Below the pieces are notes generated by a model, which was not told where the DNA came from, ran no database searches, and saw nothing but the letters and a program-made list of their open reading frames with translations. A stretch of DNA of 62,881 bases, the filler included, from Rhabdomonas costata (Eukaryota), in NCBI GenBank assembly GCA_019059605.1. It is 42 parts of 42 records of this genome, joined end to end, with 100 filler letters (N's around TTAATTAATTAA, not from the genome) between each part and the next. Parts side by side here need not be neighbours in the genome. Positions count along the whole stretch, not along the records: positions 9,003 to 10,402 come from JAHMHO010017040.1; positions 10,503 to 11,900 come from JAHMHO010017041.1; positions 12,001 to 13,400 come from JAHMHO010017042.1; positions 13,501 to 14,900 come from JAHMHO010017043.1; positions 15,001 to 16,400 come from JAHMHO010017044.1; positions 16,501 to 17,900 come from JAHMHO010017045.1; positions 18,001 to 19,400 come from JAHMHO010017046.1; positions 19,501 to 20,900 come from JAHMHO010017047.1; 34 more parts are not named here. One strand, 5' to 3'. Each line of letters opens with the position of its first letter. Position 1 is the stretch's first letter. Position numbers and translations under genes: made by a program. Positions 9,910-23,999 of the stretch are shown piece by piece.

Positions 9910-12900
9910 TCGCATACGTGCGGACTGAAGGGCGCACGCGCTGGTCTTGCAGGTGCAAACGAGAGGTACCTCCGGAAGTTTCAGGAGTGTGCGTGCATGT
10001 GTATGTTGGACAATGAGCAACGTCCCGCGCGAGGTGCGCTATGCAGGTAAGCCGCAAATGTTTGAGTGGTACCAGTCTCGTGCACATTGTGCAGTCACCG
10101 TGGAGCGCAGGGATTACAAAGCGCAGAAAGATCGCACGTGAACCCCACAACCAGCGAATATACAATCAAAAAAATGCGGTGCACCTGCTGCTCAAAGACC
10201 AGCTGTTCAACGAACAGGAACCCCAGGAAGAGCATGTTGCTCATCCGCGGATCCGGTTTGGAGGCGTCCAGAATCTGTGGACCCAATTTCGAGAAATTTC
10301 GAGATAATTTTGTATAGCTCTCGAATAATTCGCTTCATCGCCGTAACATAGCCAACTTCGCTATGTTGGGTTTCACCCAATTTTTGGAGCAAAGGTTCTG
10401 GGNNNNNNNNNNNNNNNNNNNNNNNNNNNNNNNNNNNNNNNNNNNNTTAATTAATTAANNNNNNNNNNNNNNNNNNNNNNNNNNNNNNNNNNNNNNNNNN
10501 NNGGTGTTGGGGACAATGGACCCTCGAATCCCTATGAATCAACCAGAGAAAAAAGAAACACTGCTTTGAAAAATACAAAGGCGGAGAGGTCGGCCGATTC
10601 CAGCAGGAGGGAGAGACAGAATGGGATACCCGTGGAACAGTGAAATTATAAAGGCGTTTGTATGAAGGAGGCCTATGCCAGTGGGATGGTTTCAGAAAAG
10701 GCATTTTTCGAGGGGGTAGGGGTGTGGTGCCCGTGAAAGGAGAAAAGGTGACACAGGGACGTTTCGCGATTATTTAAATAAAATCATCACAGGTCGCCAG
10801 TTTCAATTTCTGCAGTTGTTGAGTTTGGAGGAGGAGGAGGAGGAGAGCCATACTATACGAAGGAATGCTGGATTCTATGATCCCACGCGTGTGATGCTGC
10901 TGCCCTTCCCTCACTCCAAGCCAGAATGGTGAGCACACTCCACAATTCTTTGGCTTCCCATGATGTCAGCTGAGAAGCTGGACAGGTGACCACAGGAGCG
11001 GCAGTGGTGGCGTCCCCACGATGTGCAACTGTCGGGGTCACTGGGAGCTGCAGTGCGGCGACAAGATGACGGCGGCGCGCTGCCCCCGCCGCCGCCGTAG
11101 GGAAGGCTAAAACAAAAACTCCTTCATTGCCTGCTCCTTTTCCAAAAGGTTCCTCTTGTCTGCCTTCCCACGCCTTTCTGCCGCACCCTTCTCCTCAGCC
11201 AGCTTGTCAAACGCGTCCTATCAAACGCCCACAGCAAAACAACCGTTTCATGGCGAAAAATGAACGTTCGAACGAAAACAAACCAAGTAATTACTTTCTG
11301 ATGTCAGCACTAGTCTTCCTGCTGTCTCCCTTCAAATGACCTTCAAATGAGTGCAGAAACGGTCGTATCGGTTTTTGTCGCCGAGGTGCCGTTTCAGGAT
11401 CATTTTTTGGGAGTACACTGCACTTTTAACGCCACTGAAAAAACCCCTCAAATGTCTTTTTGGCTTTGCTATTATTCGTGTGGGACAGCGGGGCAGCAGA
11501 GGGAGGAACATCCCACCGGGGTTACATTCGCATTCGCTATTCCATGTTAAACGAGCATCAAGCACCTTTTTTGGTGTTGCTTTTTCCGAGCAATTTCCGG
11601 AGGTGAGGTAACAGTCAATTGTGTCAGCAATGTGATGCTTCTGCAACACTTGGGAAGTTAGGGGGTAAAATTGGGCTTTTTAATGGTATTGAACGTCACC
11701 CCCCCCCCTGCCCGCCCAATAATTCGGTTGGATACATTGACGAATAGACGCCCTTTTGTGTAGCTGACAAAGGGAAATGTTCCGAGCGTGTTCTACCGCC
11801 TCGCAACTGACGGTGTGCGTGGCGTCGCAAGGATTTCATGCCCTGTGCACGGAGTGAAATCCGCCCTGTGTACCCCCATGTCGCGAACCCCCCCACACAC
11901 NNNNNNNNNNNNNNNNNNNNNNNNNNNNNNNNNNNNNNNNNNNNTTAATTAATTAANNNNNNNNNNNNNNNNNNNNNNNNNNNNNNNNNNNNNNNNNNNN
12001 ACTAGATCTGGAGCTGGAGGGACGGCAGTACTCCTAAGATGCATTGGTTGGCACTTTCCTAACAGGTTCTGTGCCTCGTATTCCTTCTCCGTGCCGAAAA
12101 ATGACCCTCTAAGGGACGATTATTGGCCTTTTCGAAATTTTCGACACAGGTGGATACAGGTGCACGGTGGACAACCTCAGGCTTGCATACTGAGCCGAAG
12201 CGTTCTGTCGGGGTAGCTTACCATACCCAGTACATTTTGGTACCAGAGTGGACGGGAAAACTTAGCTTTGCTGCCCCACAGGCCCTTAGGCCTTTGGGTC
12301 CTTCCTAGGCCATTCTTGCTGCCTTTATATAAGTGTGCAAGGGTGTTGGCAAGCGTGTTCTCCTTTCCAATTTCTGCTTTTTCAGGGAAAGAACTGCAGA
12401 CTGGCTCCTCGTCCAGCTGACTGCACCTCGGTTTGCCAGCACCAATTTGTGTGTGGTAAGTTGTGTTGTGTTCACATAACGTGCAGTTGCTGTGTAGTGC
12501 GTTTGTACAGACAGGACTGAGTGAGTGAGGGAGGGAGGGTGTGATGGATACCAGCGGAAGTCCCAGCTCGAGACAAACAAAGAAGAATCAAACAAAAGCG
12601 TCCCCCGCAAGTTGCGCTCACGAGGCAACTACACGATGGGTTCAGATGCCTGGGTACTGGGTCCGGGAGCCACAAACGGTCGAGCCAATCCCACAGGCAT
12701 GCCACCCTTACTACCTAACAAAGCGACCACGCGCACACGCGAAGGCAGGATAGCGCCCTCCGACAACAATAGGCACTGCGTCTTACCTTCAAAGGGGAAC
12801 ATAATCCAGGACCCAAGAAGGGGGGAAAGACTGGAGGCAGGTTTGCTTGCTTGGTTGTTTGCTTGCTTGTGAACCGCCGCAGGAAAAACCGGCGGGTTGG

Positions 12901-15900
12901 GCGACCGAGCACGGGCGCTTCACAACAAGCGCAGTCGCAACTGCAGTTCAGCACAAGGAAACGCATGGTATGTGGTTGAGGGCTGTGTGACAAGAAGCCC
13001 TATCGAAGTTAAGTAGCCCTTTACCACAGCGGTGCGTGCCTTTCGCTCTTGGCGGCTCACTCCACGGCTCACTTCAGAAGAAGGAGAGCGCAGGCACAGG
13101 AAGGTCTTGCTGGAGGGCAAGCCGACGCTTCGCCGTCATCACCCTCCATCGTATCCCACACTCGCCGCAGGCGTAATGGATATACCCCTTCAGAACAAAC
13201 GCAACCCCACAACAAACAGCTCATTAAAAAAAGGTTTATCCCCGCCTGAGTGCGCTTCAGAGACGCATTGCTCACAAATCCTTCCAGCACACATATACAT
13301 ACAGGAGAAAGCCATATGCTTTCACCCAACTATCGAAATGTGTTCCCATCGTTCGACAACACATTTCACATTTCCATATAAAGAGCGCTGAAAGAGCAGA
13401 NNNNNNNNNNNNNNNNNNNNNNNNNNNNNNNNNNNNNNNNNNNNTTAATTAATTAANNNNNNNNNNNNNNNNNNNNNNNNNNNNNNNNNNNNNNNNNNNN
13501 TTGTTTGTTGAAATTGAGAATGAGGATTTTCCTAACAGAGCATTGCTATACCTCAATAAATTCCGCCCCTTTCAATTCATTTGAAGCTCTACAAGGTCTA
13601 CGACTTCACCGGAAAAACCTCATTCTCAATTTCAATATACAACAGCGCAAGCAAATTCAAAAAAAATCAGTCGAAAAGAAGGACAGGAAGGAAGGGGAGG
13701 GCAGATCTGTGGCGAAGAAGATCTTCCCGAAACATACATGCATGAGGTACTCGGACGGTGCTGATTTTGTCCGCGTCCCGTCCCCTGCCTCAAACCAAAC
13801 GTGCACTCAACGCTGGGTCGAAAAGCTCTCCCCCCCCACTTCCTATAGTTTTTTGTCCACGAGCGTTCGGTGAGTTGATCCCTTCCGGAAGATACGTCGC
13901 CCTGCCTTTTAACGTCGCGGCCATTGGTGGGTGGCACATACCTTACAGGAGGGATGGAAAGAAGACCAATTTAGGCGGGTTCCCCTTCTTTTTTTTGTTC
14001 ACTCCTAATCTTCAATGTTGAATAGTACACAGTGCCCGTTTGTTTGTCCGTTGTTAGTGGCCTATGGGCAGTGGATCAGAAGTGAACGAAAAATCTACAA
14101 AATTCATAATAAAAAAAGTACCCAAGACGGGACATTTATTCGAAAAGAGTTGCCACCGTAGCGGGATTGCAACTATGGGGTATTAACTAGCAATGCACAC
14201 CACAAATCGTGCCGCCCGTGGCACCGGGAAAGGCAGCGGAGGGGGAGGCATCGGAAGAACACGACCACTGGAGGCTCTCTTCGGTGAGTCCTGCCCCGCA
14301 AAGGGCCAGGAAGAGGAGGAGGGCGGAGCTGGTGGCCCTGGAAAAGGCCCATGGAAAGCCTGCCAAGGGAGCGAAGACATGAGTGGTTGCCCGCAGCCAT
14401 AGGGAGTGCGAATCGCAGAATGGGGTGGAGCTCCTAGGGATATCGCGGGGACCCTATGGGTGGCCCTTTCAGCAGCGTAGGACACACCCCGGCGAGCGCG
14501 CAAGGGGCGGGAGTCTCTGCGGCTCATAATGGAGTACCGAAAGAAAGAGCACCCCTGACAAAAGCCTTCCTACTTGTCACAGCCCTGCAGTGACGAGGGG
14601 GGTGACAAAAAAAGCGGTTATGCGGAGCAGCGGGGAAGTGAGCGATCGATGAGAAAGGGACAGTACTCAATAAAACTAAACTCAATCACCTGAGCAGAGA
14701 TTGCCCACTTTAGATGCGACCTGTTCTTTCGCGTTGACTGTTTGGGTGTCATTTTCTATTTTCTCTACAAAGTGGAGTGCTCTTTGCGATCCATACCACA
14801 TATCATGCACCACCTGTTTTTCAAAAGGCTGAAAACAACAGTTTCGCGGAATCATGCCATCATTCACTGCGTGCCCCAAACCCCCAAACACACCCACCAC
14901 NNNNNNNNNNNNNNNNNNNNNNNNNNNNNNNNNNNNNNNNNNNNTTAATTAATTAANNNNNNNNNNNNNNNNNNNNNNNNNNNNNNNNNNNNNNNNNNNN
15001 TGTGTGTTGTGAGTATGTGTGTGTTGCGATGGTTCGCCAGTGCTCGCGCGTGTGTGCACTTTTGAACACTGGAGCACGATTGCACACGTGATCATTCGCT
15101 CCCGAAGAAAAAGATCGTCGCTCTCTCTGTCTCTCTCGTAACAATCATGACGCCACACTTGTGCCTCTTTTTCCTCGACGCGCAGATTTGTGCGATGTGG
15201 GTGTGCAGAGTCGCAAAGTATTCAGATTGGTGGCAGGGACTGATCGCTTTATCTCTTTCTTAAGTTGTTCGGGGGGAGGGGATTCTTTTAGTTTTGTTTC
15301 CTAAGTCTAGGGAAGAGGTATTATGGTGATGAATCTTTTTGTGAGAGGATAGGGTCGCAGACCTTGCTGGCCCTGTGATTGTCACCATCATCACCTTATC
15401 TCCTGACCTACCTAAACGCTGCACCTGCGCTAGTTCATAACGCCCCCCCCCCCTCGCTCCCGACATTGACGATAACGATGAACATTGATGAGAAGAAGCG
15501 GAACTCCCTCATACCACACAGCATTCGATCAAAGAAAACCTGAGGTTTTCATCTATTGGAGGGGGGGGCACCGGAATAGAACCCGAGAAGCTTCCAGAAG
15601 CTTCATTGTAGCACCGTTACTTGTTACTGGGAGTCACTCTCTCCCTCAATTTCAGTATAGTATGGTAAGTGTGGTAGGGACGGGGACATTTTTATATTAT
15701 GATCTCTAATACGAGCGCACCCGCAACACCTACTCTGCGACGGGCGCGACTGCTGCGCTGCTCTCTGAGCTTCGGAAGGAATGGACGGCGTACCTCTTTT
15801 CTTCTTTTTTCCCGTTCATATCCCGCTTCGACCTCCGTGACTGCATACCTCACTTTACATGGGTCAATCTGTCTCCCTCTTTCCGGTGGACTGTCTTTGC

Positions 15901-16962
15901 TCCTGCTTCTGCTCCCCGCCTCGCTGCTCTGCTCGCGCAAGCTCGCAAAAGTGTGCATTCGTTGAGCGCTGACGCGCGCGTGCAGGCTCATCATGGGTTT
16001 TTTGGTTTCTGGCGATACATCTGCTGTCTTCAAGTCGTTTGTAGTGAGCCCTGGTCTCAATTCTTCAATGAAACCCTGTGGTCGATGGGGATTCCCCCGC
16101 TCCACCATCGGGGAAAAGCTCTCCTTCTATACACACTGAAGGTTTTCGCGTACTTTTCTCTTCCTTCTTTACCTTTTTCTTCTGTCTGCTTTCTTTTTCT
16201 TTTTCTTTTTGAGATCTTCCTGTAATTGCCTCGGAAGGATGTGGATCAGCCATCTTGTGTGAGCCACCCCTTCATGCCTGCGCACCTTGGAAGCGCTTGC
16301 GCCTCCTTTTTGCCTCCCTTCATGGTAAACAAATCCCTTCCCCGATTCTCTCCCCTTCCTGCCGTACGCATCCGCGTCCCCGAATTGATCACCACCACAC
16401 NNNNNNNNNNNNNNNNNNNNNNNNNNNNNNNNNNNNNNNNNNNNTTAATTAATTAANNNNNNNNNNNNNNNNNNNNNNNNNNNNNNNNNNNNNNNNNNNN
16501 TGGGGTTGGTGATGACATGAAAAGGGTGACAGATCTGTACCGGTTGTTTCGCGATCACAACAATACAGTGCAGTGCATTTTTTCCACAAAATCTACAAAA
16601 CAAATTTGCACAAAAAACTTCGATTTTTCATTTAATCATGAATTCAACCGTAACGGAGCGAAAGCAAACGAAGACACGAAGGCAATAAGGACCCCGCGGG
16701 GTCTGGGAAAACACGCACCTGAGTGCCATACAAACCACGGATGTAAGAACGTTCACAGAAGATGCGTCAAGGCAAAAACAGTCTGGTTTTAGGGCAGCGA
16801 ACAGGGCATGACAACCCTGCTCTGGTTTGTAAAATACCATATTGCAGTCAAAGTGCTACGACAAATTGAGCCAGATTTCAGAGGTCCTACTTATATTTTT
16901 ACTTCGTCGCAAGGCCCTTGGATGAATGCGACAATGTTTAACAAAATTTTGCAAGCAAAGAC

Positions 16963-17501
16963 CGGGACAGTCCAGAAGAATGTAGTCGTCGGAGTATTCT
17001 CCCAGGACGTCGTATAGCCAGTCAAGGTTTTCCAACAGGTACCTGAAAGCACCAGTTGTTCAACACGAATCATGCAAACGGGGCTGGGTTCGTCTGAGCA
17101 CAAGCGCATACTCCATGCAATAGACCAAGCCTCCGTTGGGCCCCAACTCCTTCTCTTCCATAGCATCGGTGACTGTTATCAAATCCCGAATATCTGCGTT
17201 AAAAATTTGAAAAAGGAACACGAACCCCAATAATGCCCAAGAGCAAAACTCGGGTAAGTCATAACAAAAGCGACCTGCGCTGCAATCGTAGAAAAATTCG
17301 TCGGCTGCAGGATCCAGGTTGACGACGTGAACGTTTCGTTCTTGCAAGCGAAATGATGAAAACCCAACTCCGACATATCAAAACATCAACAAAGTCAGTG
17401 GGAGAAACCCCAAACACACTTTTTGTTCTGCAGTGTTTTTGAATTGTATTGCAGTAGGTGCTTTTCCCGGAACCCGCAGGTCCCATGATAATCTGGCAGT
17501 G
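16963..17501 (-). CDS. GPN3: GPN-loop GTPase 3, partial; four exons with short GT-AG introns
   Basis: Spliced: [17 protein letters not shown]...[11 protein letters not shown]...[37 protein letters not shown]...[10 protein letters not shown]. Confidence 0.92.
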
Positions 17502-18000
17502 CTGAAAATTATAGAACGTACACCGGTAACGTGCAGGCCCACCGTTGCAACCGTATCGGGTCAGTAATGGGTTATTTTAAATATCAGCTTGCTGCTTGCA
17601 CTATACCTGCGGAGGCAATGACCTGGGATTCTCGGGAAAAGTGCCAAAGCGAGTTTGTGGACGTGGGCGCGTTTGCCAGGTTAATAGAGCTAAATATAAG
17701 ACCCCGACGTCGCACTCACGCAAGACACGTGACGCCCCTAATTTGAAAACGACCACCCGAATCACTTTCTTTTCGCTAGACCGCTTGTGATCCCCCTTTT
17801 TCGGAAGGGGATTTGCAGCGAGAACTGACCACGAATTCCAAAGGGCAATTCAACAGACCAGAAACAAAAACAGTGACTGCGACTGTGAGAAACCAAAAAA
17901 NNNNNNNNNNNNNNNNNNNNNNNNNNNNNNNNNNNNNNNNNNNNTTAATTAATTAANNNNNNNNNNNNNNNNNNNNNNNNNNNNNNNNNNNNNNNNNNNN

Positions 18001-19340
18001 GGTCGTCCAGATGCAGGAACCCGGTGCGGGCTTCAAAGTGCTTGGCGTGCCAATCGGATCTACAGAATTCATTCGCAACGAGCTGAGCAGGGTGCAAACC
18101 CGCGTCAACCGTTTTTGTGATGGTGTCTTGAGCCTCGAGCACCCTCAAGCGGCATTTCTCCTTCTTCGGATGTGCGGCGGGGCTTGCCGTGTTGTGCACC
18201 TCCTCCGGTCTATGCATGGGACGGAAATTACGAGCAAGCCCGACAGATCGACCAAGCGACCATGGCGACGTGCGAAAAACTGGCCGGTTTTCCATTTACA
18301 GAGGCCACTAAGCTGCGGGTCACGCTTGCCCCCAAGCACGGAGGACTGGGCATACAAAGCGCTGTGGCAGTGCAACCGGCAGTGGTCTTCACTGGGTGGT
18401 GGCGGTTCGCGACGGAGGGGCTTGCCACCCTGGTGATCTCTAAACGTCTCACCGAAGGTTGGCCCGCAGTCCTGCTGGATGCCTTGGCCGATCTGTGCCA
18501 GACACTTCCCGCGCAGTGTTGTGTCCCCCGCCAGTGGCTTGTTGAAGCCAGAAGTGCCCGAAATCGAGTGGCTGTCCCAGAAGCGGTGGACGGAGAAGAT
18601 ACACGTGAGAGGTGGAGAAAACCTGCGATCTCTGCTCGGCGGGCGTGACCTCGTGTTGCTGCAGTGCCAGGACTCAACCCCAACGTAGGCGCGTGGCTCC
18701 GCGTAGTTCCCTCCCAAACAATTGGACTCGAACTCCAACCTCACACCTTTCGGATTCTCCTCGGGTGGTGGTTTGGCCACGAAGTGGTGTCGTCGAACTC
18801 TTCCCGGTCGGACGAAGCTGACCCCATCATCTGCCCCTTCTGCCAATCGGCGGCCGACCGGTTTGGTGACCACTTCGTCTGCTGCAAAAAAGTGGACTTC
18901 CACCCTAGGCACGAGGCAACTCTGGAGCAACTCTGCCCAGCCACCGAGTGGCCATTTGGGGGAGACAGCGCCCGGCGGACATCTTTCTGCCGCACTACAA
19001 CGTTGACCCGACCGCCGTCGACATCTCCATGACGCACCAGCTTGCGCCCGGTCTCGGGCTGGACACCCACGCCGCGAAGTCCGCGCTGCGCAACAAGGCC
19101 CGGAACAAGAAAAACAAGTAAGCCCCCTCGCCCCTCGCTGCACAAGCTGACCAACATCCCCTTCCTGATGTCCACCTTCGGGGCTGTGGAAGAGGAGGAC
19201 GCCGCGGCCTTTATGGACAAGATCACCAAGCAGCGGGTACCAGTCGCGGAGTGCAAGGAGCACCTTACCCAGTGCTCCAGATCTCGCGGTCTTAACGCAC
19301 GTGGCCCGACATCTTCTGGGAGCGGCAGGAGCCCTTGAAG
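18001..19340 (+). mobile_element. CRE-clade (RLE-type) non-LTR retrotransposon, 3' part, frameshifted
   Basis: KVLGVPIGS...PQAAFLLLRMC...VHLLR; LAPKHGGLGI; GAWLRVVP; zinc knuckle CPFC...GDHFVCC; RH motif; RPADIF restriction-like endonuclease motif. Confidence 0.85.
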
Positions 19341-20110
19341 GCACGTTTGGCCCCGTTGTATCCTGCGCCGGAATATTGTGAACCCCGCCCCCACCACACA
19401 NNNNNNNNNNNNNNNNNNNNNNNNNNNNNNNNNNNNNNNNNNNNTTAATTAATTAANNNNNNNNNNNNNNNNNNNNNNNNNNNNNNNNNNNNNNNNNNNN
19501 GGTGGGGGGTCCTCAAAGCCCGTGATGAGTGCAAGTGTTGTGTGCATGTGTGTGCGTGCTCTGGGCATGCGTGCATCTTTGGGAGGGGTTTGAGTTTCGT
19601 ACGTTGTGCAGTGTTCGACTTCGTTGTGCTGCACGCGGTACTTTCTCGTGCCCAATTTTGCCAGGCGCCGGTGTCCGTTACCTCTGAAGCGAACTTAAGG
19701 TGGAGGGATGACGTACGTTTGTTGCGAGGTTTCTGGTGAGCCGTTGTAACCATATCTTTTCCTCAGTGGCTGTGAACGTATGAAGTAATGAAGTGAAGCT
19801 GGTTTCAAAATACACGAAAAAGAAATCAGAGCAAAAAGAATAGGAGAAGTACCCTCGACGCTCGCTGGCTTGAATGTTACGCTTTTTTGTGAGAAAGTTT
19901 AGGTTGGCATTCAGTGGTAACAGGTACACTAAGCCTTATGGCCTCATTCTAAAAAAATGTTGTGCATTTATTTCAAATCAAATTGGAATCTGGATTGTGG
20001 ATTCGTCGCAAACTGATCTCCAGGTTCCTCTGCTGCCGGTGTTTTTGTTTTTTCTTGCTTTTGTGTGAGGTTCGCTAGGCGACTGAACTGTGCGAGAAAT
20101 CACAGGCTCG

Positions 20111-20716
20111 ATGATGCGGGCTGCAAGACTGACCCTGGGGAGGGTGTTTGATCCCGCAATCCTGAGCATCCTTCGCTGTCCCATTACCAAGGGCAGGTAT
20201 CCGAGTGGTTTCTTTTTTTGTTTGCGTGCGTGATTTCTCTTTAGTACAGTGGCTTGTTTCGAGCAATTGCCTGACGAGGCTTTGACGCGCGCATCTACAC
20301 ACGTGGTCCGGGTGTGCGGCGAGGACTGATGAGGAAAGCATTTATGCTGTGCCAGCTGTATGCACGAATTGCAAAAATAACAGGGGGTGCTTCATACAGA
20401 TTGCCAAACCCTCACAGGAGCACCACTGCAGCTCGGGAACACACACACACACGCACACACGCCTTTTGCGTTTTCCCATTGCATATGTATATCAAAACTG
20501 CCTTTACTTTTCGGCTTTTATTTATGGGGGTGTTCCTATACCCTTCCCTTTCTTCCAAATGCACATAGCCTTCGGTACGATGCTCAGCGGCAGTTGCTGG
20601 TCACTGCGGACTCGAAGATTGGATATCGTATTGAAGAGGGTATCCCTGTACTTGTCCCAGAAGAGGCTGTGGAGCTCGCCCCCAATGTGACGTTGGGCGC
20701 GCAGCCTCCTAACTAG
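20111..20716 (+). CDS. Trm112p-like / UPF0434 (YcaR/preY-type) small protein; exons 20111-20196 and 20569-20716
   Basis: Spliced: MMRAARLTLGRVFDPAILSILRCPITKGSLRYDAQRQLLVTADSKIGYRIEEGIPVLVPEEAVEL..., with an in-phase GT-AG intron. Confidence 0.9.
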
Positions 20717-22944
20717 GAGCTGGCAAAAACGTGACGCTGTGTTTGCAGTGCATTCGTTTCTTGCGTCGAAGCCTTAGAGCCAGTTACACTCTTTCTGCCA
20801 CGGGATCCGTGGGAGTGGGTGAGCGTGCAGTAGTCAGCCACAAAAGCCAATGCGCATGCCACCGGGTTGTTCGAGGATAAAGAAGTGCGCCCCACCCCAC
20901 NNNNNNNNNNNNNNNNNNNNNNNNNNNNNNNNNNNNNNNNNNNNTTAATTAATTAANNNNNNNNNNNNNNNNNNNNNNNNNNNNNNNNNNNNNNNNNNNN
21001 GTGTTGGGGGAGTTCGAGGTTGGATGGCAGGGGGCGTGCTTTTCCCTCTCTCCGCCCTCCGCATAGAGACCTACCACTCTGCCGTTTTTGAGGGAGGCCT
21101 TGTAAATAGCTTTTGGTGCCATTTTGCGCGATTGTACATTTTCGGTGTGACGATTAAGTGGAGCTGAACCCTTTATGGGGCTTGGTTGTGCCCCGATCCG
21201 GCCGCTCAGTGGTATTGTTCATGTCACTTGAGGACTCGAGAAGGTTAGCTTCAGCTCGTTTTTGAAGAGTCGGAGAACGAAGACGAGCGCAAGAGGTACC
21301 TTGAAGTATTTAGTTTGAGGAACGTCATGTTTTTGCATTTTTTAACATTAATGTGCACGATCCCATATAGGGGACACGTTTAAGTCGCTCCATGTGATTA
21401 AAATGTTGGGACTTTTCGAATGGCAATGGGCTTGTAATCCAATTTATAAACAGTTGCACTTCACTAACAACGTTCCTAAGGTACCTCCCAAATAACGCAT
21501 CTGTGGCCAGCAGCGCGTGCGCCCGTCAGTCCATGGCAGGTCATCAACAGTGCAACCAATGTGCACAGGACAACCGCAAAAAAAGAATTGGAACGTTAGA
21601 AGTTGGAGCTCCACCCCAGCTCTAGGCTTGCTCTTACCTTTCTTTTTTACTTTCAGTGCTTCTTCTTTGACTTAGGGACGGGTGTATTTTTGTTTGACTT
21701 CAGAGGTCTGGGTGGCGCTGTTTTTTTTCACACGGCATATGGCCCACTCACAGCCATCCCCAGGACGGCCCATGCTTGAGGAAGGTGTCCTCACTTCTCC
21801 ATTTGTGTTTGTGGCTTGCGAAAGCTCTTCAAAGCTGCACCCATGTTGCCTCTTCTGCCAGCATCTGCATGGGTTTACGGAAACAAGACCTCCTTTCATG
21901 GACATATCATGGATGCAATAGAAAGGAGAGGTGACACGGATTTCTGAGGATGGCATTGGCTTCCGTGGCTCACACTTTCTGCCAAGGTAGTTGCCCATGA
22001 CAGAGTTGTTCGAGGACTTTTTGCATCGGGCCCATTTCAGGGCCTGCAGGGTGTATTTTTTGTATTTGATGGCCCTTCTTCTAATCAGAAGCTTGCCTTG
22101 ACGTACGTGGTATATCTGAAGTTGGAGGTCGGAGCAACTGCTTGCTGTATCAGCTGGTTTGGCGCTTTCGGGTTTTTCATCATTTTTCGTGTAGAGGCTG
22201 CGCACTCGGGCTTGAAAAGTGCCGCAGACGACTACACTTCCCTGTCCGGTGGCGTGGGGCTTTGGCTTGGACCCTTCGAACTGGATATCCCAGAAAGAAG
22301 TCACCTGAATTTCAACTTGAAGCTTTGCATAAGAAAAAATACTCACATGCGGGCGGTATTGCATTTGTGCCCCCCCCCCTCTATCAATCACACACCCCCN
22401 NNNNNNNNNNNNNNNNNNNNNNNNNNNNNNNNNNNNNNNNNNNTTAATTAATTAANNNNNNNNNNNNNNNNNNNNNNNNNNNNNNNNNNNNNNNNNNNNC
22501 TGTTGAGGTGGTTGTGCTTTTTTGTCTCCGCAAAAAGGAAGTCTTGCTTTTGTGCGTGCATGTATGAAGTGAAAGCTTTGGCTCGAAGAAACATCAATAA
22601 TGCCCCGACCGTGTGCCTCTTTTTTTTTTTACCAAACGCAAAGAGGCAAACGCTACTGATCACCTCAATAGGGGCACCTCTGAAGCAGAAAATCAAAAAC
22701 TGGAACTGAAGAGCGCTCGGGTGGCAACTACGCGCCGGGGGAGTCTGCTTGTGGCTGTTGGCTTCGTTGAAAATTGAATGAAAGCTTCCCAGCAACTGGC
22801 TGCATCCCCACGGCTCCAACCGGCATCCATACGACCGTACTTTATGCCTGGCCTCGTGACTTCACAGAAAGCTTCCAAGCCACTGGCTGCAACCCCACCT
22901 TTCAGACACTAAAGCGACTTGATGTGGACTGGCGGGGATCACAC

Positions 22945-23675
22945 CATCTCCGCAATGGTACAGCCCAGGCCCCAGATATCCGCGGCTGTGGGGAGCACGA
23001 GCTGCCCGTTCACCTCCTCCAGACCCCGAATTACCTCAGGGGCCATCCACCCCATGGTGCCCCGGGCCCCGTAAATCCACTCTCGGTCTACCAGGGCCTG
23101 CGCGGCCTTCCCCCCGGGCAACACTCGGGCTGCACCAAAATCTGCCAGCTTCACCGAGGAGTGGTCCTCCGTGAGAAGCACGTTCGCCCCTGTGAGGGGC
23201 GTGGGGCGGGGTGAATGTCGTAGAGTTACAACCTCCGTACAGTGAGTGTAAGCTTTTCAAATCAGAATGGCTCCAATGCGAGAAGACCGTCTGAGGGGAG
23301 GGGGAAGTCTCCCAAGTAATTAAATATAGCAGAGACAGCTGTGGCATTTGATGATAAGGTCATCAAAAGACCTAAAAAAAACTAGGCACCGCTCCGGACC
23401 ACTCCGGCTGCCAGGTGGGCTGGTTTCCACGGCGCTGACCTTCGCCCCTAAACAAAAATATGTTTCTCGGAGCATCCAAATTCTAGCACGGGATTGTCCT
23501 GGACCGCAAATACCTTGCCGACCAAAATAAGAGGGAGTGGCAGGGATCTGTATATTCCCACAAGGCGTTGAGCTGCGATAGCTGTGAGGAGGTGGAGGTA
23601 CCCTTGACGTCATAGTGCGCGATGCCCATGCCGTGCATGTACTCGAAGGCTTGCAGCAGCTGCTTGGTGTACGTC
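22945..23675 (-). CDS. Ser/Thr protein kinase (STE11/MAP3K-like), two internal exons
   Basis: TYTKQLLQAFEYMHGMGIAHYDVKG|ANVLL...VKLADFGAA...GTMGWMAPEVI...ADIWGLGCTIAEM. Confidence 0.92.
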
Positions 23676-23999
23676 CTGTGTCAAGCCCCCCAAATCCACC
23701 CCACCGTGCTCAGGACCTCTAACGAGCACCCATCGAGCTACAACTGCCCACGCCTTCAAGCGGATGCCATCGGGAGAAAAAAGGACATATGCAAATTCTC
23801 TCCTCTCCCAAAATCCCTCTTTGAACCCTACCCGCACACACGCCTCCCCACGCCTTAGCCTTTTTTGTCCCCAAACGGTCAGCGTTCGAACTTTGTCGAN
23901 NNNNNNNNNNNNNNNNNNNNNNNNNNNNNNNNNNNNNNNNNNNTTAATTAATTAANNNNNNNNNNNNNNNNNNNNNNNNNNNNNNNNNNNNNNNNNNNN

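Noticed and set aside
16808-17017. Pogo-like transposase motif (PWMNATMFNKIL)
   Set aside because: The ORF overlaps a GPN3 exon and intron on the opposite strand, and no other DDE motifs are present.
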